Below, piece after piece: positions 26,305 to 39,300 of a DNA stretch of 64,000 bases. A model generated the notes under the pieces. It worked only from the letters and a program-made list of their open reading frames with translations, was not told where the DNA came from and ran no database searches. The DNA is taken from NCBI RefSeq assembly GCF_004010195.1, contig NC_057720.1, positions 41,616,518 to 41,680,517 of the forward strand, written 5' to 3'. The DNA comes from Chiloscyllium plagiosum. Lineage: Eukaryota. Position 1 is the stretch's first letter; every line of letters begins with the position of its first letter. Made by a program: the position numbers and the translations under genes.

Positions 26305-26850
26305 TGCAGGAAGCATCACAGCTTACTGAAAATTCTCTGTAAAAGACTCTCACTTCAACTTCAAAACATCAAAACCATTCTAAGAAACCAGGCCTGCTTT
26401 TTGGAAGGTGGAGACCAAACAAGAGACTGAATTAATCATAATTTGTAACCAGTTTACAGCTTTGCCTGTAATCAGCTTTGTACGGGTGTGTGTTTGTTGT
26501 GGAAATAAGTGTCTGCAACACTGTATTTTAATTTCATGGTAAATAGGTGAGAATAAATAAAGACAAAATAAGTGCCAAACCATGTCATCCTGTCAATGAT
26601 CTTGCTTTTAGTTCTTAACAATTTGGAGAAGGTGGGTGGAGAAATTGAATGAGGTGTAATTAACACTCCATATCAGTGTCAGGGCTGTCAGATTTACAAT
26701 AAAATTTATCCCAATGAGAAATGCTCAGCTATCACCTTTACTGTAAGTCTATGTCTAGGAATGCCGAATAGGAACATTCGCGTTGAGAAAATCATCTCTT
26801 TTAAAGACTGTGGTTCTCTGAGCAATCACCTATTTATCACTTGAGCTTGT

Positions 26851-27515
26851 GATAATTTTAGGAAAGGGAGGAGAAATAATTAAATTAAAAATACAAAAGT
26901 GGAAGTGGAAAAGCATCATGGCAATTTTGAAATACATTATACAATGCTGGGTTTTTGGGTGCTGTGTTTATTCAAGATGTCATCTGTCTTTATCCTTGGT
27001 GTTGAATATGTTTATATCATTGCTTTAGATTCCTGTGATGCAGTGGTAAGACCCCTATCTCTGAGCCAGAAAGATCAACACATCTGAGCAAGTTGATTTA
27101 TCACTGAGCACAAGGCATCAAAATTGAATATTTAGACCTACTTATTTGAGTTAACAAATCTTGCTGGTAGGGCATTATGGAAACATCTATTGCTATTTGA
27201 AATAGACATGGGATCTTATTCATCCACGTGAAACAGCACAGATGGCCTTGGATTAACATAATTTCTGAAAGATGCGTCTCTGACAATACAGAGGTCTTCA
27301 GTGCTGCACGGGAATGACAACCACAGTTTTAAGCTCAAGTCTTTGGAGTTGAACATAGTCTTCTGACTGTGATAAAAGTCCCATTGACTGAGCCATGACT
27401 GACACTTTGCCTATGTTTTAATTGTATAATGTATTTCAAAATTGCCACGGTGCTTTTCCACTTTCACTTTTGTATTTTTAATTTAATTATTTTTCCTCCC
27501 TTTCCTAAAATTATC
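26851..27515. repeat. 95-bp AT-rich inverted repeat (26851-26945 / 27421-27515)
   Basis: Arms are reverse complements with about 4 mismatches. Confidence 0.9.
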
Positions 27516-27821
27516 TGAATTCATCATTGAGAAATTTGAATGGAGTGTTACTCATGCAGTTGTTTGCAGCTGCATAAAGATAATAAAGCAGTAGAACTAT
27601 GTCAAAATATGAGAATTTGTAATTGTAAAACATTAAACATAAGCTTGCTATTTATTCATTGAAGGTACAATTGTCATGCAATCCATGTTAGATCCCTGCA
27701 AAGAAAGAATTGCTGCAAATGCATTCCTTGTACAATTTCTATATGCTACTTGTTGAGAAACGTTGAAAAATGTTTTACCATGCTTCATATTTGTAAAAAT
27801 TTGTTTTTTTTGCTTCTTCAG

Positions 27822-27946
27822 AGGTGTCCAGGTAGAATGTGAAGGAGCTTCCAAACATTGCATCAACATTAATGATTTTGTTTTAATCAAAAGTGAAGAT
27901 GAGGATCAACCATATGTAGCGAAATTGCTAAAGTTAGTTGAGGATG
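27822..27946 (+). CDS. ORC1: ORC1 exon 2 (BAH domain start)
   Basis: GVQVECEG...ININDFVLIKSEDEDQPYVAKLLKLVED; CAG acceptor, GTAAG donor. Confidence 0.93.
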
Positions 27947-28166
27947 GTAAGGACAGTTCTCCTGTATAACCTCATGATTGCTTCTGCTTCGAATATGTGC
28001 AGTGAACTGAAAGTTGTTACATTTACAGGAAATATTAATTACACAAATATTAGTAGTGTGGCACATGATGGGTTCATGAATTACCTATGTATATTTATGC
28101 CTTTGGCTGTATAAATCCAGATTGGACCATTCTCCTTGCTTTTTACTGTGGTCAACTGAGCTATGT

Positions 28167-28315
28167 CGGTTAGAGTGGTGCTGGAAAAACACAGCAGTTC
28201 AGGCAGCATTCGAGGAGCAGTACTCCTCAGATGCTGCCTAAACTGTTGTGCTTTTCCAGCACCACTCTAATCTAGAATCTGGTTTCCAGCATCTGCAGTC
28301 CTTGTTTTTACCTGA
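28167..28315. mobile_element. tiny fold-back Penelope-tail insertion with 9-bp TSD
   Basis: GAGCTATGT at 28158-28166 and 28316-28324; TTAGAGTGGTGCTGGAAAA is inverted with TTTTCCAGCACCACTCTAA. Confidence 0.75.
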
Positions 28316-28525
28316 GAGCTATGTAGCTATATACCAGGAAAGATTCCATTTAGGGTACAAGCGAAAGAATGTGCAAATAGGAATTCAACTTTGGATTGTG
28401 TTGAAGATCATTTAATTTAAAACTCTGTCGACTCTGGTACCTCTATTTTTGAACACATTGTTTGAAGCAAGCCTGTTTGTTTTCAATATCATTTTTAATT
28501 TTTGCTGGCTTATTCTTCTCACCAG

Positions 28526-28704
28526 GTGCCCAGCAACATCCGTCCAAGACTGCAGTGGTCCAATGGTTTACTCGTATTGAGGAAATACCAAAATCAAAAC
28601 AGAAACTATTGGGAAGAGAGGCCCACCCTAGAGAGATCTTCTTATATGAAGTCCCTAATTGTGATGATTGTATCAGTGCAGAAACCCTGATTAAGACTGT
28701 AAAA
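28526..28704 (+). CDS. ORC1: ORC1 exon 3 (BAH domain)
   Basis: AVVQWFTRIEEIPKSKQKLLGREAHPREIFLY...ISAETLIKTVK; CAG acceptor, GTAAGT donor. Confidence 0.95.
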
Positions 28705-29446
28705 GTAAGTCTTGATTATGTAAGTTAATTGAGGCTGACACATTAATTACAGTGTTCCATTGTCAGACATGCTAGGCTTTTGGATGTTGTATTTATTCAA
28801 GGTGTCATCGTCTTTGTCCATGGTGTTTAATAAGTTTATATCATTGTTTTAGATTCCTGTGGTGCACTGGTAATGCCACTATCTCTGAGCCAGAAAGATC
28901 AACGCATCTGAACAAGTTGCTTTAAAACAAAAGGTTACACCATTGCTGCTTGTGGGATATTACTGTGCATGAGCTATCTGCCTGATATATGTATTGAACA
29001 TTACCCATATGCTTTAAAATGGAATTAATATCTTGTAAGGTAGAAGAAATGAAATGAAAGCTTTTGGTAACTAAAACTGAAATTGAACAATTCCTGAGCA
29101 GTTTTGTCCATTTGTATATTCATGAACTATCAGTACAGATATGGTGTTGGAAAGGTTTTTAAAAATCATTCAGTTAAGGATATTCAATTAAAAGTAGCCG
29201 AAAAGCTATGCTGATTGTTTTTGTCATTATAAAGATGTAAGAGAAACTTCTTAGTTTGATTAATTGTTTCTACTGTGTCTTGTTCATTGTTGTAGCATTG
29301 TTGTATCTATCCCTGTGAGTAGGCTAAGTTCTGCATGGCCTAGAAGTGGAAGAATGAAGTACAGGATTTCCACAGATTTCACACTGCTTTACTGTACATA
29401 GAAGTTACGACCTTCACGTTATTGCAGTTTAAGGAGGAAGAATTGG

Positions 29447-29770
29447 GCGGCATGGTGGCTCAGTGGTTAGCACTGCTGCCTCACAGTGCCAGGGACCCGC
29501 GTTCGATTCCCGGCTCGGGCAACTGTCTGTGTGGAGTTTGCACATTCTCCCCGTGTCTGCGTGGGTTTCCTCCGGGTGCTCCGGTTTCCTCCTACAGTCC
29601 AAAGATGTGCAGGTCAGGTGAATTGGCCATGCTAAATTGTCCTGAGTGTTAGGTGGATTAGTCATGGGTAAATATAGGGGAATAGGTGGGTTGCTCTTCA
29701 AACGGTCGGTATGGACTTGTTGGCCCGAAGGGCCTGTTTCCACACTGTAGGGAATCTAATCTAATCTAAT
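29447..29770 (+). mobile_element. full-length tRNA-derived V-SINE (HE1-like)
   Basis: Pol III A box TGGCTCAGTGG, B box GTTCGATTCC, V-core GTGTGGAGTTTGCACATTCTCCCCGTG, (AATCT)n tail. Confidence 0.9.
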
Positions 29771-30664
29771 CAGTAGCGCTGCGTCTGTACTAGTTTGTTC
29801 GGCTGAAATGATGACGTAGCTTGGATCAGAAAAACTTATTTTCTCTTTGTGATGCATTTACTCCCCATTCCTAGGTGTCCTGAAAAGCAGTAAAACTGCC
29901 TTGTGATGCAAGCCTGATCAAGTAAAGATGGTAAAGGTTTCATCCCTGATGACATGAGTGAAGTGAATGGATTTTAGACAATTTAGCAATTCTTATGGTA
30001 ATTTTAATCCATATATTAAAAGATTGTGACATTTAATTTCATATGAACTGATCATCAGCATCCCTTGAAAAGCCACATAAAATCTCTTCCCCAACCATTT
30101 CCTTTGCGAGCTATGCTTAGAATTTGCACAATGATTTGAAAGTTGAATTAATCCTGTAGTGACATGGGGATGTTATGGCCTAGTGGTATTGTTGATAGAC
30201 TAATGATCCAAAATCCCAGGTAATGTGCTGGCGACCTGGACTTGAATCCTGCCATGGCAGGTAGTGGAATTTGAATTTATAAAAATCTGCAATTAAGAGA
30301 ATAATGATGACTATGAAACCGTTATTGATTGTTGGAAAAACCTATCTGGTTCACTAATGTCCTTTAGGAAAGGAAACTGCCATCCTTACCTGGTCTGGTC
30401 TATATGAATCCAGACCCATTACAATGTGATTGACTCTTAATTGGCCTCTTGGCAAATAGGAATGGGCAATATATCTGGCCTTGCCAGTGATGCCCATATC
30501 TCATGAATTTATTAACAGAAAAGGATGACTTTGTTTTTATTTTCTAAGTCTTAATTAAGTACTATACAAATTTGTAATAATTTATTACTTTTCACCTACA
30601 TGTTTGGTAAAGTAGAAAGTAGCCCATTCTTGAGTTCTGATTTATTCTGTAGCTCTCTTCACAG

Positions 30665-30840
30665 ATTCCATAGAATCCCTGCAGTGTGGAAACAGACTCT
30701 TCAACCCAACAAGTCCACACCAACCCTCCAAAGAGTAACCCACCCAGACCCATTCCCCTATATTTACCCCTGACTAATGCACTGAACCTACACATCCCTG
30801 AATACAATGGACAATATAGCATAACCAGTTCCCCTAACCA
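30665..30840 (-). mobile_element. HE1-like SINE 3' part
   Basis: Reverse complement of the tail of the 29447-29770 SINE. Confidence 0.75.
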
Positions 30841-31687
30841 ATACTGAGTTTGTGGTATTACATTATAAATCTCTGTTTTGGCTGACCTTTTTTAGGAAAT
30901 GTGAACGTTCTGTGAACTCCGTCCATTTGGAATTTCAAAGTATCTTGGCAAGAGTGAATATGGAGCAATAAACTAATGCTTTCCTAGGGAACTATGCAAT
31001 GAGGTGATTGTTTGAAGATTTTGTTCGCCTGCAGAGGCCCCAAGGCGGTAGAGTAGGTGTGGGTGCAGTTAGGCCTCAAACATTACTGATAAATCAGTGC
31101 GGTTAGACACTTAGTTGTGGTCAAGTAAAATGTAGTATTGGCTAGAATCTATGCAGTCGGTTTGGGAATTGCTTATAAGAATTATAAACAGAATTATGAA
31201 TATGATTGTGCAAGACAGATACATTTGAGGATGCAAACCAATCAATTTACAAATTCATTCATGGCCTTTCCTCAGACATTGACTGACCTATTGATTTCTC
31301 AGTGTGGTAAACAGACACATTTCCAGTGGAAATCTGCCACTTGCTATATTGTATTAAATTGGCACCGGTGCATCTTGCAGACTGTAAGCATGAAGGCAGA
31401 TGGCCAATATTTGGGTACCTTGGACCTCACCAGTCAGTACAGGATGCCCATATTTTGTTTTTTATTTTGGGCACTGAACTGAAAAATTATGAATCCACGT
31501 TTTAAAAAAATAATTTTTGAATGGAAAATCTCATGTAGATATGAGCTGGTAATGTCCAGTATTTGTTGCTTAAAAGCTCATATTTATCTTGGCCTTGCTA
31601 CAGTTGGTACTAAATATTCATGAATAGCATTGAAGAATGTTTTACATTAATTCTAAATCTTTCTTATAACATCTAAACTTATTTTAG

Positions 31688-32129
31688 GTTTTCCAGATTG
31701 ATCCTGAGGAACCATTTCCTTCCATTGAACCTGGTGATGATTCTCTGTTTGTTAAGTTAAAGTGGGATGGAAAACGTTTTAACGAGCTCCCTAAAAATAC
31801 TTTTTCCATAAAGAAAGTTAATAATCACTATAAGAATTTGGATTCCTTACCCAAGAGGGTACAGAAGATGTCCTGTGAGAATTCCTTTCCAAAGCAGCGT
31901 GACATTGTTGGAGACTGGTGTAATTCAGAGGTTTACAGGATTGACAGTGGAGATGGAACATTGAGCAGAAATGTTGTTAACCACCATTCCAAACATCGTG
32001 CTTTCATGGTGAATGAAGGGAAATTTAACTGTTCTGATCAGAAAAATTCCAACGGTAGGAAGCGGAGTACAGAAATCACAAATGTGGAGAACAGCAGTTC
32101 GAAAGTAAGGAGGAAGCTTCCTCTTTCTG
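31688..32129 (+). CDS. ORC1: ORC1 exon 4 (BAH end and start of disordered region)
   Basis: VFQIDP...LFVKLKWDGKRF...KVRRKLPLS; open frame, TAG acceptor, GTAAGT donor. Confidence 0.9.
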
Positions 32130-33012
32130 GTAAGTAAGTGTCTCAGAGCCTGCACCTAAATTTTAATGTTTGTGCTGCACCTAATTTTTGATGTGCTTTG
32201 TGCATCAAGAACAGGAAATATACAGAAATAGAATGGAGATGTAAAATGGCAGGTCTCTAATAATTACTTTGGAGGAGATGCTGAATTTCCAACTCACAAT
32301 AAACCAAAGGCTGAAGGTAACCATGGTCTTGAGACGTTGAGATCTAATTTGTCTAGGGATTTTCCTTGTTATAGTATTTCATTTGCTGTTTTGGACATAC
32401 CTGGAAAGTTGTGGTCATGGATTCAATCTTGTCATTCACAGATCTCTTTGATGAAAGGCCGCTCAAGCAAGTTTCAACCATTCTGTGAGATCATGGATGA
32501 TCTGTGTCCCTACTCCATAAACTTGCCTTTGGCAATAGTTTTGCTTAAAAAAAATCCCTCTCAGATTTAAATTTAGCAACTGATCTCGTATAATACTGCC
32601 ATTTGTGGAAGAGAACATGTAACCTGAATACTGATTTTGTAATACAGCCAATACAGCTGTATTAAACTAAAATACAAGCACATTTATCGACTTTCTGGAC
32701 TGCCTGTATGTAATCTCAGCAGACATTATTAAGGAACTCCATATTGGGAGTTGCAATACATGGGTGCTAAGTATTCCCTCTCATCTTATAAATTTCTACA
32801 TTCTATATGAAGGCCATTTGTATGTTGGGATAGATTATCTGAGTAGTTGTGTTCTCTGATTCTTGATACAGAACCAGTTTAGTTTCTTTGAGGCTCTTTA
32901 ATTAATGACAGTGTTGCAGAAAACAATTATTTTTTGATTTAGCAATGCCCTTTATGTACTTAGATATTTGTGGTTCTTGACTAAATGATTTAAATTTTTT
33001 TTCCATTTGCAG

Positions 33013-33358
33013 ATTTTAATAAGAGTAATCTAGGAAATATTTTGTCAGAATTGTTAGGTGAAGATGGTGATAAGGACACTTTTGCTGCAAAAATACCTCG
33101 ACTGGTGGAATCTGCAGCTATGAAATACACACAACATTTTAATGGTATTTCAGGTGATGCTCTTTCACCCAGGAAGAAGTTGCAGAATGAGTCACCTGGA
33201 AATTATACCATCTCTCCTATTAAACTGATTGGAGACAACGAGATGAACACTCAAGTTGCCACTTTGAAATTGACACCTATTCACATCAAACCAAAAATTA
33301 AGCAGCAAGTCTCTTCAAGCCAGTCCCGAAAGAATGACAAAATAACTGATTTGCACAG
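33013..33358 (+). CDS. ORC1: ORC1 exon 5 (disordered region)
   Basis: Open phase-1 to phase-2 exon with SP/TP sites; CAG acceptor, GTAAGT donor. Confidence 0.85.
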
Positions 33359-33437
33359 GTAAGTTGCGTAATGTTTTAATCTTTCCAATGTCACATTTTT
33401 AATTTCTTAAGTAGAGGAGGGGAATTCATAGTCAAAA

Positions 33438-33858
33438 TTAGAGTGGTGCTGGAAAAGCACAGCAGGTCAGGCAGCATCCGAGGAGCAGGAAAATCGACGT
33501 TTTGGGCAGGAGCCCTTCATCAGGAATGAGGCTGGAAGCCTATGTGTAAATTTATATTTCATTGCTATGTTGATGTAGCACCTAATCTTCCGCCTAGGAA
33601 CCCTCCAACCACGAGGGATGAACTCAGATTTCTCCAGTTTCCTCATTTCCCCTCCCCCCACCTTGTCCCAGTCAAATCCCTTGAACTCAGCACCGCCTTC
33701 CTAACCTGCAATCTTCTTCCTGACCTCTCCGCCCCCAACCCCACTCCGGCCTATCACCCTCACCTTGACCTCCTTCCACCTATCGCATTTCCAACTCCCC
33801 TCCCCCAAGTCCCTCCTCCCTACCTTTTATCTTAGCCTGCTGGACACACTTTCCTCAT
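33438..33858. mobile_element. Penelope fragment with inverted 5' part
   Basis: 33438-33530 is the minus-strand tail of the 1-740 family; about 33585-33858 is the plus-strand LGTLQPRGMN region. Confidence 0.8.
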
Positions 33859-34360
33859 ATTATAATATGATAATGAAAACAGAAAATGCTGGGAATGATC
33901 TGGAAATCGGGCAGCCTAAAGGCATTTTTGGAGAGACTATTAATGTTTCAGAACAATGAACTCATTACTGGAAGGAGGATTGAAGTACAGTTACTCACTT
34001 GATTAAGCTTTTTTAAGAACTAAAGAGGGTTAACGAGGACAGAGCAACAGATGTGATCTATGTGAACTTCAGTAAGGTGTTCGACAAGATTCCCCATGGG
34101 AGACTCGTTAGATCTCATGGAATACAAGAAAAACTAGCCATTTGGATACAGAACTGGCTCGAAGATAGAAGACAGAGGGTGGTGGTGGAGAGTTATTTTT
34201 CAGATTGGAGGTCTGTGACCAGTAGAGTACCACAAGGATTGCTGCTCGGTTCACTACTTTTCGTCATTTATATAAATGATTTGGATGTGAACATAGGTTT
34301 AGTTAGTAAGTTTGCAGATGACACCAAAATTAGAGGTGTAGTGGACAGTGAGAAAGGTTA

Positions 34361-35865
34361 GAGCTGAAAATGTGTTGCTGGAAAAACGCAGCAGGTCAGG
34401 CAGCATCCAAGGAGCAGGAGAATCGACGTTTTGGGCATGAGCCCTTCTTCAGGAATGAGGAAAGTGTGTCCAGCAGGCTAAGATAAAAGGTAGGGAGGAG
34501 GGACTTGGGGGAGGGGCGTTGGAAATGCTTTCCCCTCCCCCCCCTCGAAATCAGCACCGCCTTCCTAACCTGCAATCTTCTTCCTGACCTCTCCGCCCCC
34601 ACNNNNNNNNNNNNNNNNNNNNNNNNNNNNNNNNNNNNNNNNNNNNNNNNNNNNNNNNNNNNNNNNNNNNNNNNNNNNNNNNNNNNNNNNNNNNNNNNNN
34701 NNNNNNNNNNNNNNNNNNNNNNNNNNNNNNNNNNNNNNNNNNNNNNNNNNNNNNNNNNNNNNNNNNNNNNNNNNNNNNNNNNNNNNNNNNNNNNNNNNNN
34801 NNNNNNNNNNNNNNNNNNNNNNNNNNNNNNNNNNNNNNNNNNNNNNNNNNNNNNNNNNNNNNNNNNNNNNNNNNNNNNNNNNNNNNNNNNNNNNNNNNNN
34901 NNNNNNNNNNNNNNNNNNNNNNNNNNNNNNNNNNNNNNNNNNNNNNNNNNNNNNNNNNNNNNNNNNNNNNNNNNNNNNNNNNNNNNNNNNNNNNNNNNNN
35001 NNNNNNNNNNNNNNNNNNNNNNNNNNNNNNNNNNNNNNNNNNNNNNNNNNNNNNNNNNNNNNNNNNNNNNNNNNNNNNNNNNNNNNNNNNNNNNNNNNNN
35101 NNNNNNNNNNNNNNNNNNNNNNNNNNNNNNNNNNNNNNNNNNNNNNNNNNNNNNNNNNNNNNNNNNNNNNNNNNNNNNNNNNNNNNNNNNNNNNNNNNNN
35201 NNNNNNNNNNNNNNNNNNNNNNNNNNNNNNNNNNNNNNNNNNNNNNNNNNNNNNNNNNNNNNNNNNNNNNNNNNNNNNNNNNNNNNNNNNNNNNNNNNNN
35301 NNNNNNNNNNNNNNNNNNNNNNNNNNNNNNNNNNNNNNNNNNNNNNNNNNNNNNNNNNNNNNNNNNNNNNNNNNNNNNNNNNNNNNNNNNNNNNNNNNNN
35401 NNNNNNNNNNNNNNNNNNNNNNNNNNNNNNNNNNNNNNNNNNNNNNNNNNNNNNNNNNNNNNNNNNNNNNNNNNNNNNNNNNNNNNNNNNNNNNNNNNNN
35501 NNNNNNNNNNNNNNNNNNNNNNNNNNNNNNNNNNNNNNNNNNNNNNNNNNNNNNNNNAAACTCAGCACCGCCTTCCTAACCTGCAATCTTCTTCCTGACC
35601 TCTCCGCCCCCACTCCCACTCTGGCCTATCACCCTCAACTTGACCTCCTTCCACCTATCGCATTTCCAACGCCCCTCCCCCAAGTCCCTCCTTCCTACCT
35701 TTTATCTTAGCCTGCTGGACACACTTTCCTCATTCCTGAAGAAGGGCTCATGCCCAAAACGTTGATTCTCCTGCTCCTTGGATGCTGCCTGACCTGCTGT
35801 GCTTTTCCAGCAACACATTTTCAGCTCTGATCTCCAGCATCTGCAGTCCTCACTTTCTTCTCCAC
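34361..35865. mobile_element. fold-back Penelope insertion with 12-bp TSD, spanning the gap
   Basis: TGAGAAAGGTTA at 34349-34360 and 35866-35877; the left arm is the reverse complement of the right-arm tail. Confidence 0.85.
34603..35558. other. assembly gap (956 N)
   Basis: Run of N. Confidence 1.
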
Positions 35866-36724
35866 TGAGAAAGGTTACCAAAGATCATAATCAGATGAGC
35901 CAATGGGCTGAGGAGTGGCAGATGGAGTTTAATTTCGATAAATGTGAGGTGCTGCATTTTGGGAAAGCAAATCTTAGCAGGACTTGTACACTTAATGGTA
36001 AGGTCCAAGGGAGTGTTGCTGAACCGAGGGACCTTGGAGTGCAGGTTCATAGCCCCATGAAAGTGGAGTCCCAGGTAGATAGGATAGTGAAGAAGGAGTT
36101 TGGTATGTGTTCCTTTATTGGTCAGAATATTGAGTATAGGAGTTGGGAGGTCATGTTGCGGCTGTACAGGATGTTGGTTAGATCACTTTGTGCATTTCTG
36201 GTCTCCTTCCTATCGGAAGGTTGTTGTGAAACCTGAAAGGGTTCAGAAAAGATTTACAAGGATGTTGCCAGGGTTGGAGCTTTAGGGAGAGGTTGAATAG
36301 GCTGGGGCTGTTTTCCCTGGAGCATTGGAGGCTGAGGGGTGACCTTATAGAGGCTTATAAAATCATGAGGGGCATAGATACGATAAGTTGACAAGGTATT
36401 TTCCTTGGGGTGTGGGAATCCAGAACTAGAGGGCATAGGTTTAGGGTGAGAGGGGAAAGATATAAAAGAGACCTAAAGGGCAACATTTTCACTCAGAGGG
36501 TGGTGCGTGTATGGAATGAGCTGCCAGAGGAAGTGGTGGCAGCTAGTACAATTGCAGCATTTAAAAGGCATTTGGATGGGTTATATGAGTTGGAAGGGTT
36601 TGGAAGGATATGAGCAAGGTACTGGCAAGTGGGACTAGATTAGGTTGGGATATCTGGTTGGCATGGACGGGTTGGACCAAAGTGTCTGTTTCCATGCTGT
36701 ACATATCTATGACTCTATCTTCAC

Positions 36725-37530
36725 CATGGCCACTGGAACCATGCCTCTCAGTATTGTGTAAGCTTTAATGAGATACAGCCCCCTCCCGACTGTCCTTCTC
36801 AACTCCACCAAGTATAGACCCAGAGTCCTCAACCATTCCACATATGACGAGTCCTTCATCCCTGGGATCATTCTTGTAAACCACCTCTAGACCTCCTTCC
36901 TTACATGCAGAACCCAAAACTACTTGCAATATTCCAAATGCAATCTTACCAGGGCCTTCTCCAGCCTCAGCAATATATTTCTGCTGTAGTATTCTTGTCG
37001 TCTTGAAATGTATGCTAGCATTACATTTATCTTCCTGACTGCTAACTACACCTGCACCTTAAGAGAATCCTGAACTAGTTCTCCTAAGACCATTTGTACT
37101 TCAAATTTCTGAAGCCCTTCCCCATTTAGAAAATAGTCCATGCCACTATTCATGCTAAAGCACATAACCTCACATTGTATTCCATCTGCAACTTCGTTGC
37201 CCGCTTTTCTACCCTGTCCAAGTCATTCTGCAAGCCTCCTTGCTCCCTCAACACTACCTGTCCCTACACCTAACTTTGTCATTTGTAAACTTAGTAACAA
37301 TGCCCTCTGTACCTCCGTCCAGATCGTTAATGTACAATGTGAATAGTTGTGGTCCCAACACTGACCCCTGTGGAATTCAACTAGACATCGACTGCCATCC
37401 TGAAAAACAAAACACCCCTTCTTTGCCTTCTGTCAGTGAGTCAATCCTCTATCCATGCCGATACCTTGCTCCTAACACCATGGGATCTTATCTAATTTAG
37501 CAGCATCCTTATCAAAGGTCACCTGGAAAT
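36725..37530 (-). mobile_element. older CR1-type LINE fragment
   Basis: Minus strand shows remnants of GIPQGSVLGP and RLHLEY-like motifs. Confidence 0.7.
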
Positions 37531-37673
37531 CCAAATAGCTGGGTATTAAGTTAAACATTTAAGTAAACCTTTGGTACGAAATCTATCCCATTGTTTTTAA
37601 TGGGTCTTGTGTAATTGTACACTATTTTCAATCAATGAAGCAGTTTCTATTTTGTCTGCTTTAATTATTTTAG

Positions 37674-37781
37674 GCCAAAGAGAAAGGAAAATGAAAGTAA
37701 GATAGAAAATATCACTGAGACTCCAAGGTCTCGAAGAAAGTCTGCACGGAACTGTTCAGTTATTCTGAAACAGTACTTAAA
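37674..37781 (+). CDS. ORC1: ORC1 exon 6
   Basis: PKRKENESKIENITETPRSRRKSARNCSVILKQYL; TAG acceptor, GTAAGC donor, phase 2-2. Confidence 0.85.
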
Positions 37782-37826
37782 GTAAGCTTTTGCAATTATT
37801 AATGTTGCTTCTATTTTCTCTTCCTG

Positions 37827-39300
37827 CAAGTTTGTATCATCGATAGTCACAGGTGAGGTGCTGGAAGACTGAAGGTTGGCTAACGTGGTGCCACTGTTTA
37901 AGAAGGATGGTAAGGACAAGCCAGGGAACTGTAGACTAGTGAGTCTGACGTCAGTGGTGGGCAAGTTGTTGGGGGGAATCCTGAGGGACAGGATGTACAT
38001 TTATTTGGAAAGGCAAGGACTGATTAGGGATAGTCAACATGGTTTTGTATGTGGGAAATCATGTCTCACAAACTTGATTGAGTTTTTTTGAAGAAGTAAC
38101 ACAGAGGATTGATGAGGGCAGAGCGGTAGGTCTGATCTATTTGGACTTCAGTCAGGCGTTCGACAAGGTGCCCCATGGGAGACTGATTAGCAAGGTTAGA
38201 TCTCCTGGAATACAGGGAGAACTCAAAGGTAGAAGACAGAGCGTGGTGGTGGAGAGTTGTTTTTCAGACTGGAGGCCTGTGATCAGTGGAGTGCCACAAG
38301 GATCGGTGCTGAGTCCTCTACTTTTTGTCATTTACATAAATGATTTGGATGCGAGCATAAGAGGTACAGTTAGTAAGTTTGCAGATGACACCAAAATTGG
38401 AGGTGTAGTGGACAGCGAAGAGGGTTATCTTAGGTTACAACAGGATCTTGACCAGATGGGCCAATGGGCTGAGATGTGGCAAGATGGAGTTTAATTCAGA
38501 TAAATGCAAGGTGCTGCATTTTGCGAAAGCAACTCTTAGCAGGACTTATACACTTAATGGTAAGGTCCTAGGGAGTGTTGCTGAACAAAGAGACCTTGGA
38601 GTGCAAGGTCACAGCTCCTTGAAAGTGGAGTTGCAGGTAGATAGGACAGTGAAGTAGGCGTTTGGTATGCTTTCCTTTATTGGTCAGAGTATTGAGTACA
38701 GGAATTGGGAGACCATGTTGCGGCTGTACAGGATATTGGTTAGGCCACTGTTGGAATATTGCGTGCAATTCTGGTCTCCTTCTTATCGGAAAGATGTTGT
38801 GAAACTTGAAAGGGTTCAGAAAAGATCTACAAGGATGTTGCCAGGGTTGGAGTATTTGAGCTATGGGGAGAGGCTGAACTGGCTGGTGATGTTTTCCCTG
38901 GAGCATCAGAGGCTGAGGGGTGACCTGATAGAGGTTTGCAAAATTATGAGGGGCATGGATAAGGTAAATAGGCAAAGTCTTTTCCCTGGGCTGGGGGAGT
39001 CCAGAACTAGAGGGCATAGGTTTAGGGTGAGAGGGGAAAGCTATAAATGAGACCTAAGGGGGCAATTTTTTCACACAGAGGGTGGTACGGTTATGGAAAG
39101 AGCTGCCAAAGGAAGTGGTGGAGGTTGGTACAATTGCAACATTTAAGAGGCCTTGTGGATGGGTATATGAGTAGAAAGGGTTTGGAGGGATATGGGCCGG
39201 GTGCTGGCAGGTGGGACTAGATTGGGTTGGGATATCTGGTCAGCATGGACGGTTTGGACTGAGGTATCTGTTTCCATGCTGTACATCTCTATGACTCTAT
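37827..39300 (+). mobile_element. CR1 LINE, 5'-truncated
   Basis: ANVVPLFKK, FDKVPH, SGVPQGSVL, FADDTK and LEYCVQFWSP with frameshifts; ends CTCTATGACTCTAT. Confidence 0.95.

Larger units (their letters stand above)
33995..36717 (+). mobile_element. CR1 LINE 3' fragment interrupted by a Penelope insertion
   Basis: RT motifs (FSKVFDKIPH, FADDTK) break at 34360 and resume at about 35878; CR1 3' UTR ends near 36717. Confidence 0.9.

Noticed and set aside
29447-29520. tRNA gene
   Set aside because: It is the tRNA-derived head of a SINE.
34396-35710. Two ORFs of about 400 aa
   Set aside because: Artefacts of the N gap.
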